Positions 56,118-64,000 of a stretch of DNA of 64,000 nt are shown one piece after another (within the stretch, counting starts at the first letter, position 1; each line of letters starts with the position of its first letter). The stretch covers positions 1-64,000 of the forward strand of contig JAOZGC010000003.1 of the NCBI GenBank assembly GCA_027491915.1. The letters run 5' to 3'. This DNA comes from Thermoproteota archaeon (lineage in GTDB: Archaea; Korarchaeota; Korarchaeia; Korarchaeales; Korarchaeaceae). Both the position numbers and the translations under genes were made by a program. Under the pieces are notes generated by a model, which did no database searches, had not been told where the DNA came from, and saw only the letters and a list, made by a program, of their open reading frames with translations.

Positions 56118-56702
56118 TTATTCTCCTGTCTCTTTTGAGGCCAATCTCCTCTCTAAGTTCTCTATCTCTCTCATTTCCGCCAGCTTCTTCTCCATAATTC
56201 GATAAGCTGTTGAATGTCGGGCTCCCTTGAGGAGGGCAATCACCGCTTCCTTGGCCGGGATGACCCCGTAGTGCCTTCCTATTATCGACACAGTGTGGCC
56301 ATAGACGGATATGCTGGTCCCCGTCCTCCCCTCTATGTAGGCCCTGGCCCTTCCCCTCTCACCTATCAACCTGCCCCTGATCCTTATGAGGGCGTTCTTC
56401 CTGTCCCCCACGTAGTTCCTCAGGTCTATGACCTCGAGCACGTATTCGTCGTCCAAGAGGTTGAACGCCTTCTCCGGACTGAAGCCCCTCGATATCGCCC
56501 TTATGACGGAGACCAACTTGCTCGGCATGAGGGGATCTCCCGGGGGGGAATCGAACCTTATCGTGACCTCGCCAGTCCGACTGTCCACCGACAACCTGGC
56601 CCCGGTCAGAGACTCCAGCCTCCTCCTGACGGCCCCGCCTTTGCCTATCAAAACCCCTATCCTGGCCCGGGGCATCTTAATCTTGGCCTGGTAGAAGGTC
56701 AT
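56118..56702 (-). CDS. KH-domain ribosome biogenesis protein (Dim2/Pno1-like)
   Basis: RIGVLIGKGG, AI.RGFSPEKA, RGRLIG. Confidence 0.9.
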   Translation of the reverse strand: MTFYQAKIKMPRARIGVLIGKGGAVRRRLESLTGARLSVDSRTGEVTIRFDSPPGDPLMPSKLVSVIRAISRGFSPEKAFNLLDDEYVLEVIDLRNYVGDRKNALIRIRGRLIGERGRARAYIEGRTGTSISVYGHTVSIIGRHYGVIPAKEAVIALLKGARHSTAYRIMEKKLAEMREIENLERRLASKETGE

Positions 56703-56705
56703 TCC

Positions 56706-57506
56706 TCACCCCTCCATGAGGTCCTCCGCCAACCTCTCCGGATCCGGGGTCGCCAGTCCGTACCTGCGCCTAAAGAACCTCGTGATGACCCTCAGGTCCC
56801 TCTCCAAGAGCTCTCGGGCCATCGGATGTGCCAACAGTACGGATTGTGAGCAATCAATTATCCAAGGTAAGTCTTTCCAATACATTATGTTGTACTCAGA
56901 TAGGTCCCCGTGAACCAGATTCGCGCCACGGACGATCCTTCCGACGTCCTCCAGTATGAGCTCCATCGTGCGCCTGGGATCGGGCAGGTCGGTCACCTGC
57001 CTCAGGAGGGGCGCAGGGAACCCCCCCTCCCCTATGAACTCCATCACCAGCACGTTTCCGGCCAGGCCAAGCGGCTCGGGAACCCGAGCGTCCGCCTCCC
57101 TCATTCTGCCCAGGTTCTGGAATTCTTTCCGCGCCCAGGCCATCACCAACTTCGTCTTCCCGCGGGGCGGCCTGAATCGCGGGTCGCCGATCATGTAGTC
57201 CAGGTACCTGGAGAAGTCGGCCGTATCTATCCTGTACACCTTTATTGCCACCTCCCCCCGGGCTCCCTCGCCGGACATGACCAGGGACTCCTTCCCGGCG
57301 CTCACCACCCAGTTGAAGTCCCTTATCACTCCGGCGTTGAACAGTCTGACCAGGGACCTCACGGTCCTCTGATCGAATATCAGGTGCCTTATCTTGTAGT
57401 AATCTCTGTCCTTTATCTTACCCCTCTCGGCCTCCCTGGCCGCCAATCTGTCCAGGCGCTCCTCTATCTCTTCGAACCTCTCCGACCCGGGCGGGTCAGG
57501 AGACAT
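56706..57506 (-). CDS. rio1: Rio1 Ser/Thr kinase
   Basis: S.GKES, W.RKEF.NL, VHGDLSEYN, IID.SQ. Confidence 0.92.
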   Translation of the reverse strand: MSPDPPGSERFEEIEERLDRLAAREAERGKIKDRDYYKIRHLIFDQRTVRSLVRLFNAGVIRDFNWVVSAGKESLVMSGEGARGEVAIKVYRIDTADFSRYLDYMIGDPRFRPPRGKTKLVMAWARKEFQNLGRMREADARVPEPLGLAGNVLVMEFIGEGGFPAPLLRQVTDLPDPRRTMELILEDVGRIVRGANLVHGDLSEYNIMYWKDLPWIIDCSQSVLLAHPMARELLERDLRVITRFFRRRYGLATPDPERLAEDLMEG

Positions 57507-57906
57507 CTCCCATCATCGCCCACTCCTCGTCCAAGTACCCCTTCTTGATGAGCCACTCCACCTGCTGTCTCCTGTACCTCACAACCACGTCGCCGCGGTC
57601 TCTCTGGAACGGCCAGATGGATACCAGTACTATGTCCCCCCTTCTTATCCAGTGTCTCTTCCCCCTGAGCTTCCCCCTGACCCTGACCACCCTGACCTGC
57701 CCGTCGGCGCACTCCACCCGGAATTTCCCCTTGCCCAGCGGATCTAACACTCTGCCGAAGACCTCCAGCTCTGGATCGGCTGGCAGGAGGTCCTCCATCT
57801 CTGCGTCCAGGGAGGATTCAATGCCCTGATCACCCCTCTTCCCCTTGGGCACCTTCTTTCCACCTCCCCTCCTCTTCCTCCTCTTTCCCCCCCTCCTTCT
57901 AACCAA
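57496..57906 (-). CDS. eif1a: Translation initiation factor aIF-1A
   Basis: V.CADG..R..R..GK, WIRRGD.V.V..W.FQ..RGD. Confidence 0.9.
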   Translation of the reverse strand: MVRRRGGKRRKRRGGGKKVPKGKRGDQGIESSLDAEMEDLLPADPELEVFGRVLDPLGKGKFRVECADGQVRVVRVRGKLRGKRHWIRRGDIVLVSIWPFQRDRGDVVVRYRRQQVEWLIKKGYLDEEWAMMGDVS

Positions 57907-57933
57907 ACTTTAACACAACTCCCCCCATTCACA

Positions 57934-58356
57934 TTAGATCTTTGGAACCGGGCTCGTCGCGCCGCAGGCCTCGCACTTGAGGGCCCACCCCCTCCTCACC
58001 TTTACTATCCTGGTGTCCGGCCTGCCGCAAACCGGGCAAAGGACGTACCTCTCTATGAACTTCCTCAGCCTGGCCTCGACCAGCTGGGGATCTATCCTCC
58101 TGCTGAGTATGAGCTTCTTACTCTCTTCGGTTATGAAGTAGGGGCTGCCGAGCTCCTTGGACAGGAACCTGGCCAACAGGTGGGGATCCCTGTTCAGGCC
58201 GCTGGCTATCTCCCTGAAATTCGATATGTGCGTCTGCCTCCCTATGATGACTATGATCGGTCTAGGGGGCCGGAACCTCTCGCCGCTGGCGACGACCGGT
58301 GGTGCCTCCTTCCTGGCCGCCGCCAGCATCTCAAGGTACTCCTCCTCGGAAGCCAA
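57934..58356 (-). CDS. eif2b: Translation initiation factor aIF-2 beta
   Basis: ERF, NF.EI...LNRDP, YV.CPVCGRPDT, CEACGA. Confidence 0.93.
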   Translation of the reverse strand: MASEEEYLEMLAAARKEAPPVVASGERFRPPRPIIVIIGRQTHISNFREIASGLNRDPHLLARFLSKELGSPYFITEESKKLILSRRIDPQLVEARLRKFIERYVLCPVCGRPDTRIVKVRRGWALKCEACGATSPVPKI

Positions 58357-58361
58357 TCAAT

Positions 58362-59009
58362 TTACACCTCCGACCCGCCCGTATCACCCAGCGCGTACCT
58401 CCCCTCCTCATCCACGTATATTAATCCTTCCGAGAGCATCTCGTTTAGCGCCGTCAGCACGTCGTCCGGATCCCCGCCCATCCTGGCCAGGATCTCCTCC
58501 TCCCTCATGGGACCTTCCTCCCTGAGTAGCGATAGGATCCTGTCCTCCACACCCCCGCCCGGCAGGGCGGCCGCCCTCCTGAACCATGATCTCAGTATCT
58601 CCAGTTCCCTGAGCAATATGACGTTTGGATCCTCCACTCGAATGACTATCATCGGCTGGACGTACTTCTCCCCCCTCCACTCTCGGGGCTTCCCCACGAC
58701 GTCCACCACGGTCCCCCTGGGGAGGGGCGACCTGGTGTCCCCGTCCACCAGCAGCTGGACTCCCTCCTCCCAGGCCCTGAGGGATATGGGCCCGGTCCCG
58801 TCGTCCACCGACAGCCTGGCGTGGCCGCCATCCTCGGCCAGGTACCCGTCTATCACGACCCCCATTATCCTGACCTTGGCCACGCTCCTCCCCGACGCCA
58901 GCCTGAAGTACCTGTAACCTCCGGCCGTCAGCTCCTCGAACTCCCCCCCCAATATATCCCCAATCAGGACCTTGACGGCCGGCTGGTACCTCAGCCACCC
59001 GAACGACAC
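58362..59009 (-). CDS. OB-fold plus winged-helix protein (RPA2/RPA32-like)
   Basis: VRIMGVV, VDDGTG.I, VDVVGK.R; C-terminal L..ML.EG.IY. Confidence 0.65.
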   Translation of the reverse strand: MSFGWLRYQPAVKVLIGDILGGEFEELTAGGYRYFRLASGRSVAKVRIMGVVIDGYLAEDGGHARLSVDDGTGPISLRAWEEGVQLLVDGDTRSPLPRGTVVDVVGKPREWRGEKYVQPMIVIRVEDPNVILLRELEILRSWFRRAAALPGGGVEDRILSLLREEGPMREEEILARMGGDPDDVLTALNEMLSEGLIYVDEEGRYALGDTGGSEV

Positions 59010-59058
59010 GGCGCCCCACCCCTCGGCAGATTTATAATTTGGTGCGGCCCCAGGGTCC

Positions 59059-59162
59059 GGGCCCGTGGCTCAGCCTGGAAGAGCGCCCGCCTTATATGGC
59101 GGCTCCCGCCACAAAGCCAGAGGAGAAGCGGGAGGTCCCGGGTTCAAACCCCGGCGGGCCCA
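59059..59162 (+). tRNA. tRNA-Ile(TAT) with 30-nt anticodon-loop intron (59096-59125, best fit 36/37)
   Basis: Ile-type body GGGCCCG..GCTCAGCCTGG..GAGC; mature loop CT TAT AA; CCTT AT|A TGGC..GCCA GAGG AG|A; TTTATAA at 59031. Confidence 0.85.
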
Positions 59163-59191
59163 CTCCCCCCCGCGGGAGAGGTGGGAACCTC

Positions 59192-60271
59192 TTGAGGCTC
59201 TGGATAGACGTCGTCAACGCGCCTCACGTCAGACTCTTCGCGAGGATCGTTGGGATTCTGGGGGAGGCCGTCGAGGACCTCTTGACAACAACGAGATCGT
59301 ACGGATATCTGGAGGAGATGGCCGCGGAGATGTTGAGCTTCCCGGGCTCGGCCCCGATTTCGGTGGGTCAGAGGGCCGGAGGCCGGCTGGAGAAGCTCAT
59401 GGCTCACCTGGACAGGGTGAGGACCCTGGCCGAGATCGTTCACAGGTGGCGGCCGACCGTGGCGGCCGCCAAGGCCTCACCCGAGCTCTCCAGGGTGGCC
59501 TTCGGCCTCGGGATCCCGGCGGTGATAATCAACGACAACGACAAAAGCTATCACGTCAGCAAACTCACCTTCCCCCTGGCCTCGGCCGTCGTCGTTCCAG
59601 AGGCCTTCGGCCGGGAGAGGGCGATCGAGTTGGGGGCAGACCCAGATGCCGTCGTCACCTTCCGCGGGGTCTGCGAGGTGGCCCACGTGTTGGACTACTT
59701 GGAGGGAAGGAGGTGGGGCGACCCGCTCGGCGACCTCGGACTGGAGCCAGGCGGCTACGTGGTGGTCAGGCCGGAGCCCAAGATGGTCGCCTACGGGTCG
59801 TGGAAAGGAGAATCTTCCTCCCTCACGCTGATCAGGTCGATCCGTCGCGGGATCGGAGATCTCAAGTTGGTCGTCTTCCCCAGAGATCAAGATGAGGCCA
59901 AGGCCATGTCGGCGGAGGGCGCAATCGTTCCAGGCGGAGCAGTCGACGCCCTTCAGATCTTAGCGAACTCTACCGCCTTCATCGGGGCGGGCGGGACCAT
60001 GACCAGGGAGGCCGCCCTGCTCGGGGTCAGAACCGTGTCCCTATATCCGGGAGAGGACCTCGCCGTAGACAGAGAGCTGGAGGAGGCTGGGCTCATTAGG
60101 AGACTCCGGGACGTCGCCGCGCTCGGGGAGAAAATCGAAGAGGTTCTGGAGTCACCTCCCCCCCGCTCGGAGGCCGACCTCTATCTCAGGAGGGTAGATG
60201 ATCCCGCCAAGGTCATGGCGAACGTTGTCAGGGAGATCTCGCGGCCTTCAATCTCACGGCGATCCTCTTGA
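59192..60271 (+). CDS. DUF354 family (GT-B fold) protein
   Basis: WID..N.PHV, SPE..RVAFGLGIP, VVVRPEP, GAGGTM.REAALLG. Confidence 0.85.
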   Translation: MRLWIDVVNAPHVRLFARIVGILGEAVEDLLTTTRSYGYLEEMAAEMLSFPGSAPISVGQRAGGRLEKLMAHLDRVRTLAEIVHRWRPTVAAAKASPELSRVAFGLGIPAVIINDNDKSYHVSKLTFPLASAVVVPEAFGRERAIELGADPDAVVTFRGVCEVAHVLDYLEGRRWGDPLGDLGLEPGGYVVVRPEPKMVAYGSWKGESSSLTLIRSIRRGIGDLKLVVFPRDQDEAKAMSAEGAIVPGGAVDALQILANSTAFIGAGGTMTREAALLGVRTVSLYPGEDLAVDRELEEAGLIRRLRDVAALGEKIEEVLESPPPRSEADLYLRRVDDPAKVMANVVREISRPSISRRSS

Positions 60272-60473
60272 CGGCCTCAAACCAGAGAACTAGGAGGCCG
60301 ATTAAAACGACGGTTCCCATAGATAGCTTCAGGACCTCCAGGGTTATCTCCCTCGGCCTGGTAGTCAGCCACGCGGTAAACTCGCCAGCCAGCCAGAATC
60401 CGAGCATCATGAGAAGCCAGCCGACGAGCACGGACGCGAGGGCCAGGGCGCTGCCCCTGTCCAAGCCGGTCAC
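60228..60473 (-). CDS. Small 2-TM membrane protein
   Basis: Two hydrophobic helices; GTGA-coupled to the upstream gene. Confidence 0.55.
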   Translation of the reverse strand: MTGLDRGSALALASVLVGWLLMMLGFWLAGEFTAWLTTRPREITLEVLKLSMGTVVLIGLLVLWFEAVKRIAVRLKAARSP

Positions 60474-61468
60474 CTCGCTGGCGTCGGCGTGAGGACCAGC
60501 AGGGAGATCGTCCCGAGAGCGGAGGAGACGACGGTCAGGGCTATTATCTCCGCGACTATCCTCCTCTCGGTCTTCGCCCTGTCAAGGGCTATCACCGGGA
60601 TGAGGGTTATCGGCGCCCTGGGGTCTGGATTGGCCCTGATCCTGTCCCCCTCCTCAAGTACCGTCGCCTTGACCTCTATCTCCGTGCGGCTCTTCAGGCC
60701 CCGGATGCTGACTATGGTCATGTAACCGGAGACTATCATGGGGAGAGCCGATATCAGCAGGAGGGACTCCAGGCCGTCGAAGGTCGAGGCAGATCCCAGG
60801 GCGGCCCCCAGGGCGAAGGATCCCACGTTGCCGGAGAACACCTCTGCCGGGAACCTGTTGTGCCTGTAGTACGCCGCGCACGCCGCCGCCGACACGGCGG
60901 ACAGCGCAGCCGTGGCCTCCATCCCCATCCAGGCGCCGACAGCCGCCATGGTGGCGGAGATCACCGCGGCCGATCCGACGAGCAGTCCGTTTAGGGCGTC
61001 TATCATGTTGGCGGAGTTCACGATCACCGAGATGAACGCCGGTATGAGGGCTATCAGGGCCAGGTGCATCCTCGCCCTCCCTACCAGGGGGAGGAAGGGT
61101 CTAGGGGAGGCTATCCCGGGCGCCAGCAGCGGGAGGGCTATGAGCGCGGCGCCCAGGGCTTTTTGGAGTGCGTTCAGATCTACTAGATCGTCCACCGCCC
61201 CGATAACAGAGGCTACGCCCACGGCGGCCGAGAAGGCCAGCGCCCGCGGGGTCAGGCTCTGGTCGGCCCACCCGAGGATCGATGCGCCGATCATCATGCC
61301 GAGGGCGAGGGCGGCCCCGACCATCTCCGGCACCTCCGGTCTCCCCGACTTGTGCACGTCCACCCCGGTCACCCCGACCCTCCGGAGCCTGTCGGCCAGG
61401 TGCCTCGTGAGCAGTTCGGTTGCCACCGCGGCGGCGGCAGCGGCCGTCAGGACAGCCCAGATCTCCAC
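60470..61468 (-). CDS. UDP-GlcNAc:dolichyl-phosphate GlcNAc-1-P transferase-like (AglH/GPT family) paralog A
   Basis: GVDVHK...PEM.G, GAVDD, N..NMIDALNGL, N.FPA.VF.GN.G. Confidence 0.8.
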   Translation of the reverse strand: MEIWAVLTAAAAAAVATELLTRHLADRLRRVGVTGVDVHKSGRPEVPEMVGAALALGMMIGASILGWADQSLTPRALAFSAAVGVASVIGAVDDLVDLNALQKALGAALIALPLLAPGIASPRPFLPLVGRARMHLALIALIPAFISVIVNSANMIDALNGLLVGSAAVISATMAAVGAWMGMEATAALSAVSAAACAAYYRHNRFPAEVFSGNVGSFALGAALGSASTFDGLESLLLISALPMIVSGYMTIVSIRGLKSRTEIEVKATVLEEGDRIRANPDPRAPITLIPVIALDRAKTERRIVAEIIALTVVSSALGTISLLVLTPTPAR

Positions 61469-61528
61469 CTTGAGTCCGGTACCGGGTTCGCCGGACAGTT
61501 AAAAAAGGGGATCCACCGAGGGCCACGG

Positions 61529-62452
61529 ATGTCCCCGGAGGCGGTCGCCCCCCTGATAGCCGCGGCGCTATCCGCCCTGGGCATGGGGAGATGGATCTCC
61601 GCCGCGGAGAGGGCCGGATTAATTTCCCTCGACGTCCACAAGAAGAATCGCGTTGAATGCGTTAAGATAGGTGCTCTGCCCGCGGTAGCCGCCTCTTGGA
61701 TGGGCATACTAATCTCCACCAGGATTGACCTCGCGGTGCTGTCCGCCGCCGCGGCGGCCGCGGCCATCGGCCTGATGGACGACGTGGCTTCCCTGAGGAA
61801 CGCCGCCAAGGTGGTGCTGCCAATGATCTTCTTCCTCCCAATGAGATCTCCGTGGAGGGTCGTCCTCGGGGTCCGCGTGCCAGCCTGGCTCTCCTGGATG
61901 TGGGCCCCCCTGATCGGTTCCTACGTGGTCAACGGGGTCAACATATACGCCGGATTCAACGGACTAGAGTCGGGATCCGTTCTGATCATGTCCACCGTGA
62001 TGGCGGCCCACGCCGCCGCGGCGGGCGACCAGGCGGCCGCCGCCGGCTTTCTCTCCCTGGCAGCCGCTTACGCCGCCTTCCTCCCGCTCAATTGGTACCC
62101 GGCCAGGGCCTTCCCGGGGAACGTGTCCACCTTCTTCTCCGGCGCGGCCCTGGCCGCCCTGGCCCTGAAGGAGGGGCTGGAGTGGCCACTGTTGGTGACG
62201 TCCATCCCCCTCCTGGTCGATTTCGTGCTCAAGGTGGGGACGTGGTCCAGGGCCAGGGGCAAGGGGCGGTCGAGGCCCGGCCCCGACGGGAGACTGCTCC
62301 CTCCACCTCACCTGTCGGTCGCCAGCCTGATCCTCAGGGTGAAGCCCATGGGGGAGAGAGATCTGGTCTTGACGATGCTGACCCTCGTCGCCCTATCCGG
62401 GGCCTCGTCCTTCTTCCTCCCTCCTCTTATTCTCGTACATCCTCCAGCTTAG
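61529..62452 (+). CDS. AglH/GPT family paralog B
   Basis: DVHK, GLMDD, NGVNIYAGFNGLE, NWYPARAFPGN. Confidence 0.8.
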   Translation: MSPEAVAPLIAAALSALGMGRWISAAERAGLISLDVHKKNRVECVKIGALPAVAASWMGILISTRIDLAVLSAAAAAAAIGLMDDVASLRNAAKVVLPMIFFLPMRSPWRVVLGVRVPAWLSWMWAPLIGSYVVNGVNIYAGFNGLESGSVLIMSTVMAAHAAAAGDQAAAAGFLSLAAAYAAFLPLNWYPARAFPGNVSTFFSGAALAALALKEGLEWPLLVTSIPLLVDFVLKVGTWSRARGKGRSRPGPDGRLLPPPHLSVASLILRVKPMGERDLVLTMLTLVALSGASSFFLPPLILVHPPA

Positions 62453-63949
62453 GATGGGCCTCTTAGTGGCCAGGGCCTCATCCAACCTACCTATGGCGGT
62501 CCTGCTCGGAGCCGACTTGACGGACTCCGGGTTCTCCGCGGCCTCCTCAAGTATCTCCTCCATGGCCCTGACGTAGTCTTCTATCTCGTCCAGTCCATCC
62601 GACTCGGTCGGCTCCATCATGAAAGCCTCCCTCACGATCGGCGGGAAGTAGATGGTCGGCGGGTGCACGCCGTAGTCCATCAGCCTCTTGGCCACATCCA
62701 GCGCCCTCACCCCCGTCTCCCTCTTCAGAGGTTCCAGACTCAGCACGAACTCGTGCTTGCACGGCTCGCCCCGACCGTATGGGACCTCCACCCCAGGCAA
62801 ACCCTCCAGCCTACTCTTGGCGTAGTTGGCGTTTAGCACGGCCACCCCAGACACAGTTCTCAACCCCTCGGATCCAAGCATCTTCAGATAGGCCCACGCC
62901 TTGACGAGGACGGCGAAGTTCCCGTAGAACGACCTTATCCGTCCGACCGTCTTCGGAACCGAGTAGTCCAGCACGTAGCGATCACCCTCCCTCCTGACCA
63001 CCGGCACGGGGAGGTAGTCCTGGAGTCCCTCCCTCACGCCTACGGCGCCGGCCCCCGGACCGCCGGTGCCGTGAGGGGTTGAGAAGGTCTTGTGGAGGTT
63101 GAGGTGGGCGACGTCGACCCCCATGGAGGACAGCAGCACCCTGCCGAGTATGGCGTTCAGGTTGGCCCCGTCGTAGTACAGGAGCCCTCCGGCCGAGTGG
63201 ACGACCTCGGCCACCTCCAGTATGCCATCCTCGAACAGCCCCAGCGTGTTGGGATTCGTGGTCATGAGTCCAGCCGTCCTCTCCCCCGCGGCAGCCCTGA
63301 GGGCGCCGAGGTCTATCCGGCCCCGACCGTCCGCCGGTATCTTGACGACCTTGAACCCGGCCATCGCGGCGCTCGCGAAGTTGGACCCGTGGGCAGACAC
63401 CGGTATGAGCATCTCGTCTCTCCTCCCCTCTCCCAACTCCTCCAGGTGCCTCCTGATTATCAGGGCCCCGAGGAATTCCCCGTGGGCGCCGGCCGCAGGC
63501 TGGAGCGAGAAGTGCGGGAGACCCGTGATCTCGGCCAGCATCTCCGACAGCTCGAACATGATCTTGAGGGCCCCCTGAACCGTCGACTCGGGTTGATACG
63601 GGTGGATCCGGCTTACCTGGGGTAGAGAGGCTATCTTCTCTGAGATCTTTGGATTGTACTTCATGGTGCACGATCCCAGCCAGTAGGGCCCGCTCTCCAC
63701 CCCATAATTCATTTGGGAGAGCCTGACGAAGTGCCTCGCAACCCTCGGCTCGGTCAGCGAGGGGAGGCCCACCTCGTCCCTCCTCAGGTCCGGGGGGATC
63801 AGCTGCCACGGATCGGACACCCCGAGGTAATCCAAGATCCCCTCCTCTATCCTAAACTTGTAACTCCCCCCTCCTCCCTTCATCTCGAACACCAGCGGCT
63901 CGAGGAAGTCCTCCCCCAAGCGCCACCTGGCCTGCCTGTAATCCCTCAA
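62393..63949 (-). CDS. gcvPB: Glycine decarboxylase subunit 2
   Basis: LGSCTMKYNP, QPAAGAHGE, YYDGANLNA, NLHKTFSTPHG, EPTES. Confidence 0.95.
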   Translation of the reverse strand: MRDYRQARWRLGEDFLEPLVFEMKGGGGSYKFRIEEGILDYLGVSDPWQLIPPDLRRDEVGLPSLTEPRVARHFVRLSQMNYGVESGPYWLGSCTMKYNPKISEKIASLPQVSRIHPYQPESTVQGALKIMFELSEMLAEITGLPHFSLQPAAGAHGEFLGALIIRRHLEELGEGRRDEMLIPVSAHGSNFASAAMAGFKVVKIPADGRGRIDLGALRAAAGERTAGLMTTNPNTLGLFEDGILEVAEVVHSAGGLLYYDGANLNAILGRVLLSSMGVDVAHLNLHKTFSTPHGTGGPGAGAVGVREGLQDYLPVPVVRREGDRYVLDYSVPKTVGRIRSFYGNFAVLVKAWAYLKMLGSEGLRTVSGVAVLNANYAKSRLEGLPGVEVPYGRGEPCKHEFVLSLEPLKRETGVRALDVAKRLMDYGVHPPTIYFPPIVREAFMMEPTESDGLDEIEDYVRAMEEILEEAAENPESVKSAPSRTAIGRLDEALATKRPILSWRMYENKRREEEGRGPG

Positions 63950-64000
63950 GGTCTCACCCCCTCACCGAGGGCGTCCGCGAACGAGTCCATGTCTTCCTTG
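63946..64000 (-). CDS. 3' end of upstream gene, probably glycine decarboxylase subunit 1 (partial)
   Basis: KEDMDSFADALGEGVRP*; TTGA overlap with gcvPB. Confidence 0.55.
   Translation of the reverse strand, partial: KEDMDSFADALGEGVRP

Noticed and set aside
59091-59127. Reading the tRNA as Val(TAC) via nested introns
   Set aside because: No BHB supports it, and the D-arm is Ile-type (GCTC/GAGC)

Overview
This is a GC-rich archaeal core-genome window. It is most likely Korarchaeota, inferred from PolD DP1, FtsZ/SepF, Topo VI, non-canonical tRNA introns and a tRNA-Ile with a UAU anticodon. It holds about 65 housekeeping CDS for replication, transcription, translation, tRNA/rRNA maturation, the proteasome, and lipid and glycan synthesis. 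It also has 18 tRNA genes, 8 of them with bulge-helix-bulge (BHB) introns, and one box C/D sRNA. I saw no mobile element, CRISPR array or rRNA. The top finding is the pcm gene (protein-L-isoaspartate methyltransferase), which looks frameshifted but carries a 20-nt insert folding as a textbook BHB intron inside the TISAPHM motif; predicted splicing restores the frame exactly. This intron is 13-16/20 identical to three 20-nt tRNA introns in the same window, suggesting a small intron family that has spread between tRNAs and an mRNA. Secondary findings are tRNA-Ile(UAU), a C/D guide apparently targeting both strands of 16S helix 34, likely CTG/ACG start codons, and a perfect 51-bp duplication plus an oriC candidate at cdc6. 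Product calls come from recognising motifs by eye; no searches were run.
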